Positions 1-8,988 are shown, counted from the first letter of the stretch. The stretch: DNA of 64,000 nucleotides from Gammaproteobacteria bacterium (GCA_029881275.1 JAOUMX010000002.1:1484-65483); one strand, 5' to 3'. Translations and numbers: made by a program. The notes: generated by a model from the letters alone, not told the origin.

Positions 1-314
1 GACAAAGCCTCATCCAGTGGCACATAGGCATGACCATATCGGCGTATGCCTTTTTTATCACTTAACGCCTGAGTAAACGCCTGACCGAGGGTAATGCCCA
101 CATCTTCAACTGTATGGTGCGCATCGATATGTAAATCTCCACTGGCCTGAATAGCCATATCAATCATGCCATGACGCGCAACCTGATCAAGCATGTGCTC
201 CAGAAAGGGAACGCCAGTTTTAAAGCTGGATTTACCACTACCATCCAGATTCACTTCAACACCAATTTGTGTTTCCAGTGTATTGCGTTCGAGCTTCGCT
301 ATGCGATCAGCCAT
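1..314 (-). CDS. hisB: imidazoleglycerol-phosphate dehydratase, N-terminal part; gene runs off the window start
   Basis: My own minus-strand translation from the ATG at 314-312 gives [28 protein letters not shown]...[14 protein letters not shown]...[22 protein letters not shown], the conserved IGPD motifs. It is absent from the ORF track because no stop lies within the window. Confidence 0.8.
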   Translation of the reverse strand, partial: MADRIAKLERNTLETQIGVEVNLDGSGKSSFKTGVPFLEHMLDQVARHGMIDMAIQASGDLHIDAHHTVEDVGITLGQAFTQALSDKKGIRRYGHAYVPLDEAL

Positions 315-498
315 CAAGAAGGTCCCCATTTATTATTCGATGTTTACAAAACAACATAGGATACACCGGAATGACTACGGAATTAAGAAAAATTATTAGA
401 TAAACAACAGATAACAAGGGGCTAAGACACTGAATTGATAGAGTATTTCAAAATATGACTCTGCCAGCATGAACAGAGCCATGATTAATGATTAATTA

Positions 499-765
499 TT
501 ACTTACCCTGAACCAGTTTATTGTAACGAATTCTTGAAAAATAACAGTTCAGAAATGTCGACGCATTAAACATGAGCCATAAAAAAACAAAGGTAAAGAT
601 ATAAGCCTTGATTCTGAACATACCCACATCCACATCCAGATTCATAACAATAGCAATATCAGCTGGATCAATAAATGAGAACAATAAAAACACCAAAGCA
701 CCGACAACCAGGGCATTTGTCCATAAAAAAGACAACATACATTTACACGTTGGACCATCACTCAT
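499..765 (-). CDS. small hypothetical membrane protein (88 aa), same strand as and upstream of hisB
   Basis: ORF with two hydrophobic segments. There is no homology I recognise, and the region is AT-rich. Confidence 0.25.
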   Translation of the reverse strand: MSDGPTCKCMLSFLWTNALVVGALVFLLFSFIDPADIAIVMNLDVDVGMFRIKAYIFTFVFLWLMFNASTFLNCYFSRIRYNKLVQGK

Positions 766-930
766 GAATCAATCTCCACCACTGAAACCTTAAAAAACAC
801 TAAAAAATTAATTTAATAGCAAACTTGGTTACATTAATTAACGTTTTTATTAATTTATGTCAAGCGCAACTCATTTAACCAGGCTAGATAATTATTTTAT
901 AAGTTACTAATATTTATACATTATCTGACC

Positions 931-1368
931 CTATACCTGCAGCCAGAAGGTCACCGGACCATCATTTATCAGCCCTACTTTCATATCCGCACCAAAGACA
1001 CCCACTTCTACAATATTCATTTGCTGACGGCAAAGCTCGACAACCCGATTAAACCATTTTTCCCCTTCCTCGGGTGGCGCAGCAGATGAAAAGCTTGGCC
1101 GCGTGCCCTTATTAGTATCCGCAACCAGCGTAAATTGTGATACCAGCAACAGATCACCCTGTATATCTTTCAGGCTCAAATTCATTTTTCCCTGATCATC
1201 TTCAAATACCCTGTAACCCAGCAGTCGCTCTACCAGCCGACTGGCTTTAATTTCATTATCCCCTTTTTCAACACCGATCAGAACAAGTAACCCTTTTTGA
1301 ATCCTGCCAACTTCTTCTGCATTTACACGAACATTCGCCTCTGACACCCTTTGTAATAATGCAATCAT
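931..1368 (-). CDS. dtd: D-aminoacyl-tRNA deacylase
   Basis: 145 aa, carries the SQFTL motif, and length and overall similarity fit Dtd. Confidence 0.9.
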   Translation of the reverse strand: MIALLQRVSEANVRVNAEEVGRIQKGLLVLIGVEKGDNEIKASRLVERLLGYRVFEDDQGKMNLSLKDIQGDLLLVSQFTLVADTNKGTRPSFSSAAPPEEGEKWFNRVVELCRQQMNIVEVGVFGADMKVGLINDGPVTFWLQV

Positions 1369-1427
1369 TCCGCCTACCCTGACACCGTATAAAAAATAAC
1401 TCTATTTAATCACCCATATAAGCCTGC

Positions 1428-1463
1428 CTTTGTTATGTAGGATAAATCCTACATAACAAAGGC
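1428..1463. promoter_or_regulatory. perfect 16-4-16 palindrome CCTTTGTTATGTAGGA-TAAA-TCCTACATAACAAAGG, followed by a second short dyad CTACGTATAAACGTAG at 1472-1487
   Basis: I read it directly in the sequence. It lies about 100 bp upstream of the GGA-rich noncoding element, and its form resembles GacA/UvrY upstream activating boxes. Confidence 0.4.
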
Positions 1464-1544
1464 ATTTATCCCTACGTATAAACGTAGAAACCGCTTATGG
1501 CAACCCCGCTTTGACACGACCATAATACAGACATGGAATATGGA

Positions 1545-1730
1545 CTTGGCCTGACATGGACACAAGGACAGTATAGGAAGTAGCTGACACGGACTCAAAT
1601 GGACAGAAATGGATAGTACATACTATTCAGGAAGAATAAGGGACCTACAGGAAAAAAGCTACAGCGCCAAAACTCAATCACCAAGGGCAAAGGATGCTCA
1701 AACCCCGGTAAGGATTACCGGGGTTTTTTT
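1545..1730 (+). ncRNA. candidate CsrB/RsmY/RsmZ-family sRNA that would sequester CsrA/RsmA; the 5' end is approximate
   Basis: The gap has no ORF of 60 aa or more. It carries about 13 GGA/AGGA/ANGGA motifs (catGGAata, atGGActt, catGGAcac, aAGGAc, tAGGAag, cGGAct, atGGAca, atGGAtag, cAGGAag, AGGGAcc, cAGGAaa, aAGGAtg). The terminator hairpin CCCCGGTAAGGATTACCGGGG has GGA in its loop and is followed by a T7 run. A possible -35 TTGACA lies at 1511-1516. Confidence 0.45.
1703..1730 (+). terminator. rho-independent terminator
   Basis: CCCCGGTAAGGATTACCGGGG followed by TTTTTTT. Confidence 0.8.
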
Positions 1731-1859
1731 ATGCCTTAAATAAACAGTCCAGACCCTGCTCCAGACTTTTCCTACAAACATCTAAATAATTCACTGACTT
1801 AAATAACTGAACTTTACTGATATTCGTAATAACCAAACTCAATCATACTTACTTTCAAT

Positions 1860-1965
1860 GATACAGGATGTATCATTTTTGCAAGACTCCTTGCACCTAA
1901 TGGATTAGTTACTGGTACGCCAAGGATGGCATCAACCCCGGCACGGATGCCGGGGTTTGTTTTTC
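1860..1965 (+). ncRNA. second short terminator-capped element, a possible small Rsm-type paralog or a ttcA leader
   Basis: The hairpin TGATACA-GGA-TGTATCA has a GGA loop, and ccaAGGAtGG follows. The terminator CCCCGGCACGGATGCCGGGG plus a T-run also has GGA in its loop. No ORF is present. Confidence 0.25.
1936..1965 (+). terminator. rho-independent terminator
   Basis: CCCCGGCA-CGGA-TGCCGGGG followed by TTTGTTTTT. Confidence 0.7.
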
Positions 1966-2019
1966 AGGGCATTTAAATTCACTAGGATTTTTTGCTCTAT
2001 CCATGTATCTTTCAGCCCA

Positions 2020-2766
2020 ATGTCATTTATCAAACCACCAAAAACATTACTCCGCCAGGTTGGCAAGGCGATCATCGATTTTAATATGATCAATGATGGT
2101 GATCGGGTACTGCTTGGCCTTTCAGGCGGCAAGGATTCACTGTCTCTGTTACACATACTGCATCACTTCCAGAAGCATGCTCCAATTCATTTTGATCTTG
2201 CTGCCATGACTGTCGATCCCATGGCCGGTGATTTTGACCCATCACCTATGATCCCTTATCTGGAATCGCTGGGTATAGAATATCACTATCGAAAAGAACC
2301 CATCATGGACATGGCAAAAAAACACATGGGTAAACCATCTTATTGTGCATTCTGCTCACGTATTAAACGCGGCATCATGTACAGCACCGCCAGGGAACAT
2401 AATTTCAATATCATTGCACTCGCCCAGCACCTTGATGACCTGGCAGAAAGTTTTTTAATGTCTGCTTTTCATGGTGGCAAATTAAAAACCATGAAAGCTC
2501 ATTATATTAACGATGATGGCGACTTAAGAATCATACGACCACTGGTCTATGCACGCGAACGCCAGACACGCGAGTTTGCAAAAAACAGCGCATTACCTAT
2601 CATTCCTGATTCCTGCCCTGCCTGTTTTTCCATGCCAACACAACGCCAGCACATGAAAGAACTGCTTGCCCGTGAAGAAAATTTGAATCGTACACTATTT
2701 AAATCATTACTCACCACACTCAAGCCCCTGATGAGCGAAGGAAAACCTGAGCAAACTGTTTCCTGA
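2020..2766 (+). CDS. ttcA: tRNA 2-thiocytidine(32) synthetase, PP-loop ATPase
   Basis: Carries the SGGKDS PP-loop, the AIIDFNMI N-terminus and CxxC motifs. The ATG at 2020 is preferred over the TTG at 1957, which sits inside the terminator. Confidence 0.85.
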   Translation: MSFIKPPKTLLRQVGKAIIDFNMINDGDRVLLGLSGGKDSLSLLHILHHFQKHAPIHFDLAAMTVDPMAGDFDPSPMIPYLESLGIEYHYRKEPIMDMAKKHMGKPSYCAFCSRIKRGIMYSTAREHNFNIIALAQHLDDLAESFLMSAFHGGKLKTMKAHYINDDGDLRIIRPLVYARERQTREFAKNSALPIIPDSCPACFSMPTQRQHMKELLAREENLNRTLFKSLLTTLKPLMSEGKPEQTVS

Positions 2767-2781
2767 TATCATTTAACACAA

Positions 2782-3303
2782 ATGACAAGACTCTTTGAAC
2801 AATGGCCCTGGCACCCTCTATTTTTAAAACTTTATATCTTTGCGCCCATTACATTAAGCCTGCTGCTGACTGGATTCATTTACCCTTACTATCATTATTA
2901 TTCTTTTATCACCCTGATCATTATTCCAGTCGGAATATTCATTCATCACTTACAATCGACAATTGCAGAAAAAATAAAAACGCTTTTAGGCTGCATTTCC
3001 GCTCAAAATGGTCAAGCAGTTGAAGCATTGTTAATTATTGATAATAAACAATCGCCGGGCATTGTTATTCTACGTGATACCATGATTATCCTTATTCCTA
3101 TTGATGGGCGTCGCAAAAAACTGTTATTCACCGACATTAAAAATGTAACCACAACATATAATCTAGCCAATACGCTTCTTTTCTCAAAAACCGTGTTTAT
3201 GCTGGAGACTCAAAAATCTAGCCAATATATTTTTGCCGTTTCCAGATCGACAGGCACACAATGGTCTGAAAAGCTCATCAATGATGCAAGAAAACCTGCT
3301 TAA
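2782..3303 (+). CDS. hypothetical membrane protein (two TM helices plus a soluble domain)
   Basis: 173-aa ORF with a hydrophobic N-terminal half. I recognise no family. Confidence 0.45.
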   Translation: MTRLFEQWPWHPLFLKLYIFAPITLSLLLTGFIYPYYHYYSFITLIIIPVGIFIHHLQSTIAEKIKTLLGCISAQNGQAVEALLIIDNKQSPGIVILRDTMIILIPIDGRRKKLLFTDIKNVTTTYNLANTLLFSKTVFMLETQKSSQYIFAVSRSTGTQWSEKLINDARKPA

Positions 3304-4420
3304 AGTACCTCAAGGCGATTTTTTATTACACCGTCTACCACAAAGACGACGCGAATTATTACGCGCATGGGATGCCGCAGATGAATTAATACTCGATCAT
3401 ATCGCTAATGAAATTATACTTCCCCGGCATTCAAAGATATTAATAGTCAATGACAATTTTGGCGCACTCACAACAGCGCTTAATCATTTTAACCCGGTTA
3501 GCTGGTCAGATTCTTACCTTAGCCACCAGGCAACACGAAACAATCTACAGACAAATAACCTCACATTAGAAAATATTTCATTTCTAACCAGCCTTGAAAC
3601 ACCACCAGATCATTATGATTTAATTCTAATAAAAATACCCAAGACACTGGCATTACTGGAAGATCAGCTAATCAAACTACAACCCGGCATTAGCTCAGAA
3701 ACAAAAATAATCGCAGGCGGCATGATAAAGGGACTAACCCCTAATATCTGGACATTATTTGAACGCATTATCGGCCCTACCACTACTTCGCTAGCCAGAA
3801 AAAAAGCTCGCCTGATTTTTATAACACCCGATAATCAAATTGACCGTATTAATAACCCATACCCGGTTAAATACATTCTGGAAAACACTGAATATGAAAT
3901 CACCAATCATGCCAATGTATTTTCTCGGGATAGCCTGGATATTGGCACCCGTTTTTTCCTACAACATCTCCCACAGGAGCCAATAACCGGTAATATCATT
4001 GATCTAGGCTGCGGCAATGGCATTCTTGGCATCATGGCCCAGAAACTACACCCTGCAGCCAGTCTTCATTTTATTGATGAATCATATATGGCAATAGCGT
4101 CTGCAAAAGAGAACTACCGACTGGTTCACGGCTCCGCTCATACTGCATATTTTCATATTGGCGATGGTCTGGCTCAGTTTAAAGAAAAATCAGCTCATCT
4201 TATTTTATGCAACCCGCCATTCCACCAACATAATGCCATTAGCGACCACATCGCCACCGATATGTTTAAACAATCAAAAAGGGTTCTTTGTAAAGATGGT
4301 GAGCTATGGGTAATAGGCAACAGACACTTGAAATACCACCTGAACCTGAAAAAAATATTTTCTAATTACAGCGTTGTGGCCACAAACTCCAAATTCATCA
4401 TATATCGATCACTCATTTGA
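3281..4420 (+). CDS. rlmG: 23S rRNA (guanine-N2)-methyltransferase, RlmG/RsmC family
   Basis: The N-terminus LRAWDAADE aligns with RlmG, and the SAM motif GCGNG and catalytic NPPFH are present. The start is taken at the internal MMQEN. Confidence 0.7.
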   Translation: MMQENLLKVPQGDFLLHRLPQRRRELLRAWDAADELILDHIANEIILPRHSKILIVNDNFGALTTALNHFNPVSWSDSYLSHQATRNNLQTNNLTLENISFLTSLETPPDHYDLILIKIPKTLALLEDQLIKLQPGISSETKIIAGGMIKGLTPNIWTLFERIIGPTTTSLARKKARLIFITPDNQIDRINNPYPVKYILENTEYEITNHANVFSRDSLDIGTRFFLQHLPQEPITGNIIDLGCGNGILGIMAQKLHPAASLHFIDESYMAIASAKENYRLVHGSAHTAYFHIGDGLAQFKEKSAHLILCNPPFHQHNAISDHIATDMFKQSKRVLCKDGELWVIGNRHLKYHLNLKKIFSNYSVVATNSKFIIYRSLI

Positions 4421-4499
4421 GTGATTTACTTGTTTTAGTCTAAAACTATATTAAATTTGATACTATTATTTGCTAATAGCCTAAAAAACACATAACGAT

Positions 4500-5561
4500 A
4501 TGCCCTCGAACCATATAACCAGATTTCTTTTATTCTCAAGCATTTTATGTCAGAGCGCTTCTCTTTATGCTGAAGTTCAAATATCTGGATTTGCCTCTTT
4601 TATTGCAGGCAAGGTTATTAACGGTAGCGAATTTCTTGCTGATTACCCCAAGACTGGCATTTACGATAAAGACCTGTCTTTTTCACCCGACACATCAATT
4701 GGTGTACAACTCACATCCGATATAACAGAAGACTTCAGCCTTACCTTACAACTGGTCAATAATGGCGCAGATGAATATCAGACAAAATCAACCTGGGCAT
4801 ATCTGAATTATCAATATTCACCTCAAATTTCAATTCAGGCAGGTCGCAAACGACTGCCTCTATATTATTACTCTGATACATTTGACCTGGGCTACGCATA
4901 TCACTGGATCAGACCACCGGCAGACAATTACACCTGGCAAATCGCACATTACAATGGTATCAGTATTATTTTTGAACCTCGCACAACCTCTGTGGACTCA
5001 CTTTTTAATCTTTATTTTGGCAGAGAAGATTCCAGTAACAATGAATTACTGGGCATGTTTGCCGGAGCTCCGGTAAATGAGACATGGAAAAATATTGCAG
5101 GCTTTGTTGGTGAGTTTTCAAAAGACTGGTTTGAAATCAGATTAACCTATATGCGCAGCCTGCTGGACAGAGAAATTAATAACACCCAGACAGACCATAA
5201 CGTAAGGCAACACTTTCAGGGTGTCTCTATTAATCTTTACTATGACCATCTTTCATTTTTATCTGAATTTAATGCCTATGAACGACCACAAGCCGATATT
5301 AGAGTCGTTACCAACATGCAATCTATCGGTTACACTCTAAAAAGAATTACTCCCCACATTACAAGATCAGAACTTAAACAATCACAGAATAGCAACGGAG
5401 GTGATGAACACCACTCTACCAATAGTTTTGGTATACGCTGGGATTACAGAGACAACATTGCCATCAAAATTCAATATGATAAAACAATAGATAAGGGGAT
5501 AAACATCCCCATTCGCGGAAACTCAGAATTAATCTCTTTTGGTGCTGATATAATCTTCTAG
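4500..5561 (+). CDS. putative outer-membrane beta-barrel protein
   Basis: Has a signal peptide, alternating amphipathic strands and a C-terminal aromatic residue (...ADIIF). It is the first gene of an apparent three-gene operon. Confidence 0.5.
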   Translation: MPSNHITRFLLFSSILCQSASLYAEVQISGFASFIAGKVINGSEFLADYPKTGIYDKDLSFSPDTSIGVQLTSDITEDFSLTLQLVNNGADEYQTKSTWAYLNYQYSPQISIQAGRKRLPLYYYSDTFDLGYAYHWIRPPADNYTWQIAHYNGISIIFEPRTTSVDSLFNLYFGREDSSNNELLGMFAGAPVNETWKNIAGFVGEFSKDWFEIRLTYMRSLLDREINNTQTDHNVRQHFQGVSINLYYDHLSFLSEFNAYERPQADIRVVTNMQSIGYTLKRITPHITRSELKQSQNSNGGDEHHSTNSFGIRWDYRDNIAIKIQYDKTIDKGINIPIRGNSELISFGADIIF

Positions 5562-5570
5562 GCTGTCGCA

Positions 5571-6056
5571 ATGAAAAATAGACTCAAGCATCTCATAGAT
5601 CATATCAGTAATTTCAAAACAAGATGGCCACACCTGTCTATCTGGCTACTTCTATTATCTATGCTACCTATTAATAGTTACGCAGAAGATGATCATGTTT
5701 TTTTAATAACAGGATCCAGGTCTAATATATCATCCATATCAAAACACGATCTAAGAAGAATTTATCTTGGTGGAACAGCCATAAACATTCCGGAACCAAC
5801 CAACCCTATTATAAACAAGATAGATATTTCGACCTACAGGCTATTTTTAAAGAACATCATGCACATGACTGAAAACGGTTACAAAAGAAAAGTAGTCAAG
5901 CGCGTATTCAGGCAGGGAAGCGATAAAATTATTGAAATAAAGAACTTAAACGAACTCGACAACCACTTTAAAGAGCATCCTAATGACATCTGTTTTATTT
6001 CTTCAAAGCACAGTTCTCAGATGTTAAATATTAAAATCATAAAAACCCTATGGTAA
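5571..6056 (+). CDS. hypothetical periplasmic protein, a possible partner or regulator of the downstream GGDEF-EAL protein
   Basis: Has a signal peptide, is 161 aa, and its stop overlaps the next gene's start. It is loosely reminiscent of small periplasmic partners of diguanylate cyclases such as YfiR. Confidence 0.45.
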   Translation: MKNRLKHLIDHISNFKTRWPHLSIWLLLLSMLPINSYAEDDHVFLITGSRSNISSISKHDLRRIYLGGTAINIPEPTNPIINKIDISTYRLFLKNIMHMTENGYKRKVVKRVFRQGSDKIIEIKNLNELDNHFKEHPNDICFISSKHSSQMLNIKIIKTLW

Positions 6057-8071
6057 ACAGACTCATAAAACTGCTCAAGTTAAGTACCAGCAGATACATT
6101 CTGACAAGCATTGTCCTTGTTCATATCATTCTTCTGCCGTTCTTATATACAACCATGATGTACGCATACAAAAACAACACCTATGAACAGTTCGAAACTC
6201 AGACACGAGACATCGCCGGCCTTCTAACCGATGTCCTATCGACAAAATACCTGCTTGATGATTTTAAAAGCATATCGGAAACACTGGATTCAGCCATACT
6301 CAGCGGCATCATCAGTTACATTGATATCATTGGTCGTGAAGATTTTATTATTACGCCAACGATCACAACCAGTCTCACAGAAAATGATTTCAACGAGAAC
6401 AGTCAGGTCAGCAACTTTCGGGAATCCATTTTCTTTATTAAAATCCCCTTCTATTTTAAGCAGCCCGATAATATTGCCTACCATCTGAGAATCGGCTTTG
6501 ACAAATCACACCTGAACGATCAATTTATACTAGCCAGAAACTCAATTATACTAATTTTGTCTGCCTATTTTCTGATTATCATAACCATCATTGCCATCAA
6601 CACCCGATACATCTCCACCCCTTTAAGACACTTACGCAAATATTCGAACGAAATTGCCAGTGGTAATACAGATATTGAACTACAGACGCATTCGCAACTA
6701 ACCGATGTTCGCGATTTAACTTTTGACCTTGAAAAAATGCGGCTAGCTCTGGTCAACCTTGCTTTACGAATGCAACATAAAGCAACTCATGATGACCTGA
6801 CAGGACTCCCCAATCGATTCTTATTCACTGACAGACTACAGAGCACTGTTACATTATCCGCCCGAAATCAGCAATCATTTGCCATTTTACTGATTGACCT
6901 TGACCGTTTCAAAGAAATAAATGATACCCTTGGCCATAATATTGGCGACGAAGTTCTTAAAGTTCTCTCTGAAAGGATGTGCCATGGCATTCGAGAATCT
7001 GACACCTTAGCCCGCATTGGCGGTGATGAATTTGCTGTCATCCTGATTGACGTCGGACTTATTGTTGCTGAAAAAATCGCCCGCAAAATCATACAGCTTA
7101 TTGAGCCCTCTTTTTATATAAATGGTCATTCACTAAAACTTGGCGCAAGCATTGGTATTTCTATTTTCCCGGAGGATGGCAGCAATCCAGGAACACTAAT
7201 GCAAAAAGCAGATATATCCATGTATCATGCAAAAAATAACAATTTAAACATCACATCTTATCACCCAGACCTTGACTCAGATCATTATGAGAACCTCGTG
7301 CTTTCTCATAATTTGAAATCGAGCATTGATAACGGCGAATTCGAAGCCCGATTCCAGCCTAAAGTTAACATTAAAAACAAACGCCTTTCTGGTTGCGAAT
7401 TACTTCTGAGGTGGGAACACCCGGACATGGGCACAATTCTGCCTGACAAGTTTATTCCGCTCGCAGAAAAAGAAAATATGATTGGCGAATTGACACGCTG
7501 GACAATAAAACATCATGCCACACAATTTAAAAAATTAATTTCCATATACCCTGACTTTAAAATCTCCATCAACATTTCGCCCAATGACCTTCTTGATTTT
7601 TCATTATTAAATTTTATAAATGAAATTATTACCAGTGACAATCTTCCCGCATCAAATCTCTACATCGAAGTCACCGAAAATGCAATCATGAAAAATCCGG
7701 TCAGATCCGCAGAAATCCTCAACCGATTCTGTGATCTTGGCATTAAAATATCGGTTGACGACTTTGGTACAGGCTATTCTTCACTTGCCTATCTGCAAAA
7801 ATTCCCAATTTCTGAACTAAAAATTGATAAGTCATTTATTAGCAATCTCACAAAAGACTCAAACAACTACCCTATTGTTAGCGCCACCATTACTATGGCG
7901 CATGATCTTGGCATCAGTGTTGTAGCAGAAGGCGTAGAACAGGAAAGCACTCTAAAATTGTTGCGCAACCTGGATTGTGACTATGCGCAAGGCTATTATT
8001 ATGGACAGCCCCGGCACTTTGACGAGATCTTTATGTGGATTGAAAATTACAATAAAAACAAGGCTAACTAA
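6050..8071 (+). CDS. membrane sensor diguanylate cyclase/phosphodiesterase (2TM-periplasmic-HAMP-GGDEF-EAL)
   Basis: Has two TM segments flanking a periplasmic region of about 130 aa, an RIGGDEF active site with an RESD I-site, and an ELLLRW EAL-type motif with downstream EAL-domain residues. Confidence 0.85.
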   Translation: MVNRLIKLLKLSTSRYILTSIVLVHIILLPFLYTTMMYAYKNNTYEQFETQTRDIAGLLTDVLSTKYLLDDFKSISETLDSAILSGIISYIDIIGREDFIITPTITTSLTENDFNENSQVSNFRESIFFIKIPFYFKQPDNIAYHLRIGFDKSHLNDQFILARNSIILILSAYFLIIITIIAINTRYISTPLRHLRKYSNEIASGNTDIELQTHSQLTDVRDLTFDLEKMRLALVNLALRMQHKATHDDLTGLPNRFLFTDRLQSTVTLSARNQQSFAILLIDLDRFKEINDTLGHNIGDEVLKVLSERMCHGIRESDTLARIGGDEFAVILIDVGLIVAEKIARKIIQLIEPSFYINGHSLKLGASIGISIFPEDGSNPGTLMQKADISMYHAKNNNLNITSYHPDLDSDHYENLVLSHNLKSSIDNGEFEARFQPKVNIKNKRLSGCELLLRWEHPDMGTILPDKFIPLAEKENMIGELTRWTIKHHATQFKKLISIYPDFKISINISPNDLLDFSLLNFINEIITSDNLPASNLYIEVTENAIMKNPVRSAEILNRFCDLGIKISVDDFGTGYSSLAYLQKFPISELKIDKSFISNLTKDSNNYPIVSATITMAHDLGISVVAEGVEQESTLKLLRNLDCDYAQGYYYGQPRHFDEIFMWIENYNKNKAN

Positions 8072-8988
8072 CGCATATTAGTGACAACATTACTTTCTTT
8101 TGCGACTTCTACATTTTCAACCATTGAAAAAATAATATTGTCCCTGGCATCAGGCTGATCTTGATCAGCCTGACAGGTAAAAGCGACCGTATATTCGCCC
8201 GGTTCAAGACAGCTCACTATATATTCATAATCACCTGTTTGTATATTTTGCATAACATTCGCAGTCGCGACCAGATTCGTATTACCGACATTCATATCAG
8301 CTGGTGCAGCATCCTTACCTGCAAATACATATACCGCATTGCCGGTATTCGGCAAAGCATCAGAACAGTCTGCTGACATTAATAACAGAGGATCTATAGT
8401 TCCGTGCAATGAAACCATATTGTCAGCATTCACTATTTTCAGAACAGGCAATAAATCATAATCGGCACCAGCTGACTCAACAACTGATCGCCTCAAATCA
8501 AAATCGATTATTAAATTAACATCATTATTGGATGTAATCTCAATATCATTAACAATTTGCAACCCTATCTGCGCACTTGCAGGAATATTTAATTCTTCAT
8601 TCCTGCCATCTGCTAATATAATGTACGAATCCAGGACGCTATCTCTGGTTGCATTAACATGCAGACGAATCCAGTTATATTTGCCGGGAGTTAATTTGAC
8701 ATTTTCAAGCAGAACTTCTGTTTTACCCGCTTGAAGTGAAAGCAGATTAATATCTAAAGGCGTATCAAAAATAATATCGAACGCTGAACCATTAGCTGGC
8801 TTGATAGTCACACCGGAAAACTGTATCCAGACAGCCAATGCGCCATCAACGGGTGCGTCAGTAATTTTGAGCGTCAGCCCACCTTCCATCACACCGCCAC
8901 GACCTGCGCTTGTACTACTACTGCTACCACAGCTACTCAACGCCAGCATCAAAAAAGACAATATGAGAAATTGAATTCCTGTTTTCAT
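8068..8988 (-). CDS. lipoprotein, DUF4382-like
   Basis: Lipobox LALSSC. The sequence is repetitive and beta-rich. Confidence 0.55.
   Translation of the reverse strand: MKTGIQFLILSFLMLALSSCGSSSSTSAGRGGVMEGGLTLKITDAPVDGALAVWIQFSGVTIKPANGSAFDIIFDTPLDINLLSLQAGKTEVLLENVKLTPGKYNWIRLHVNATRDSVLDSYIILADGRNEELNIPASAQIGLQIVNDIEITSNNDVNLIIDFDLRRSVVESAGADYDLLPVLKIVNADNMVSLHGTIDPLLLMSADCSDALPNTGNAVYVFAGKDAAPADMNVGNTNLVATANVMQNIQTGDYEYIVSCLEPGEYTVAFTCQADQDQPDARDNIIFSMVENVEVAKESNVVTNMR

Noticed and set aside
1-314. Whether hisB is the bifunctional HisB (phosphatase plus dehydratase).
   Set aside because: The reading frame starts directly at the IGPD domain ([15 protein letters not shown]...) with a GGGGA Shine-Dalgarno upstream, so it is the monofunctional dehydratase form. 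The downstream part lies outside the window.
1957-2019. The ORF-track start of ttcA at 1957.
   Set aside because: It is a TTG lying inside the upstream terminator hairpin and T-run. The ATG at 2020 gives an N-terminus of appropriate length before the conserved AIIDFNMI block.
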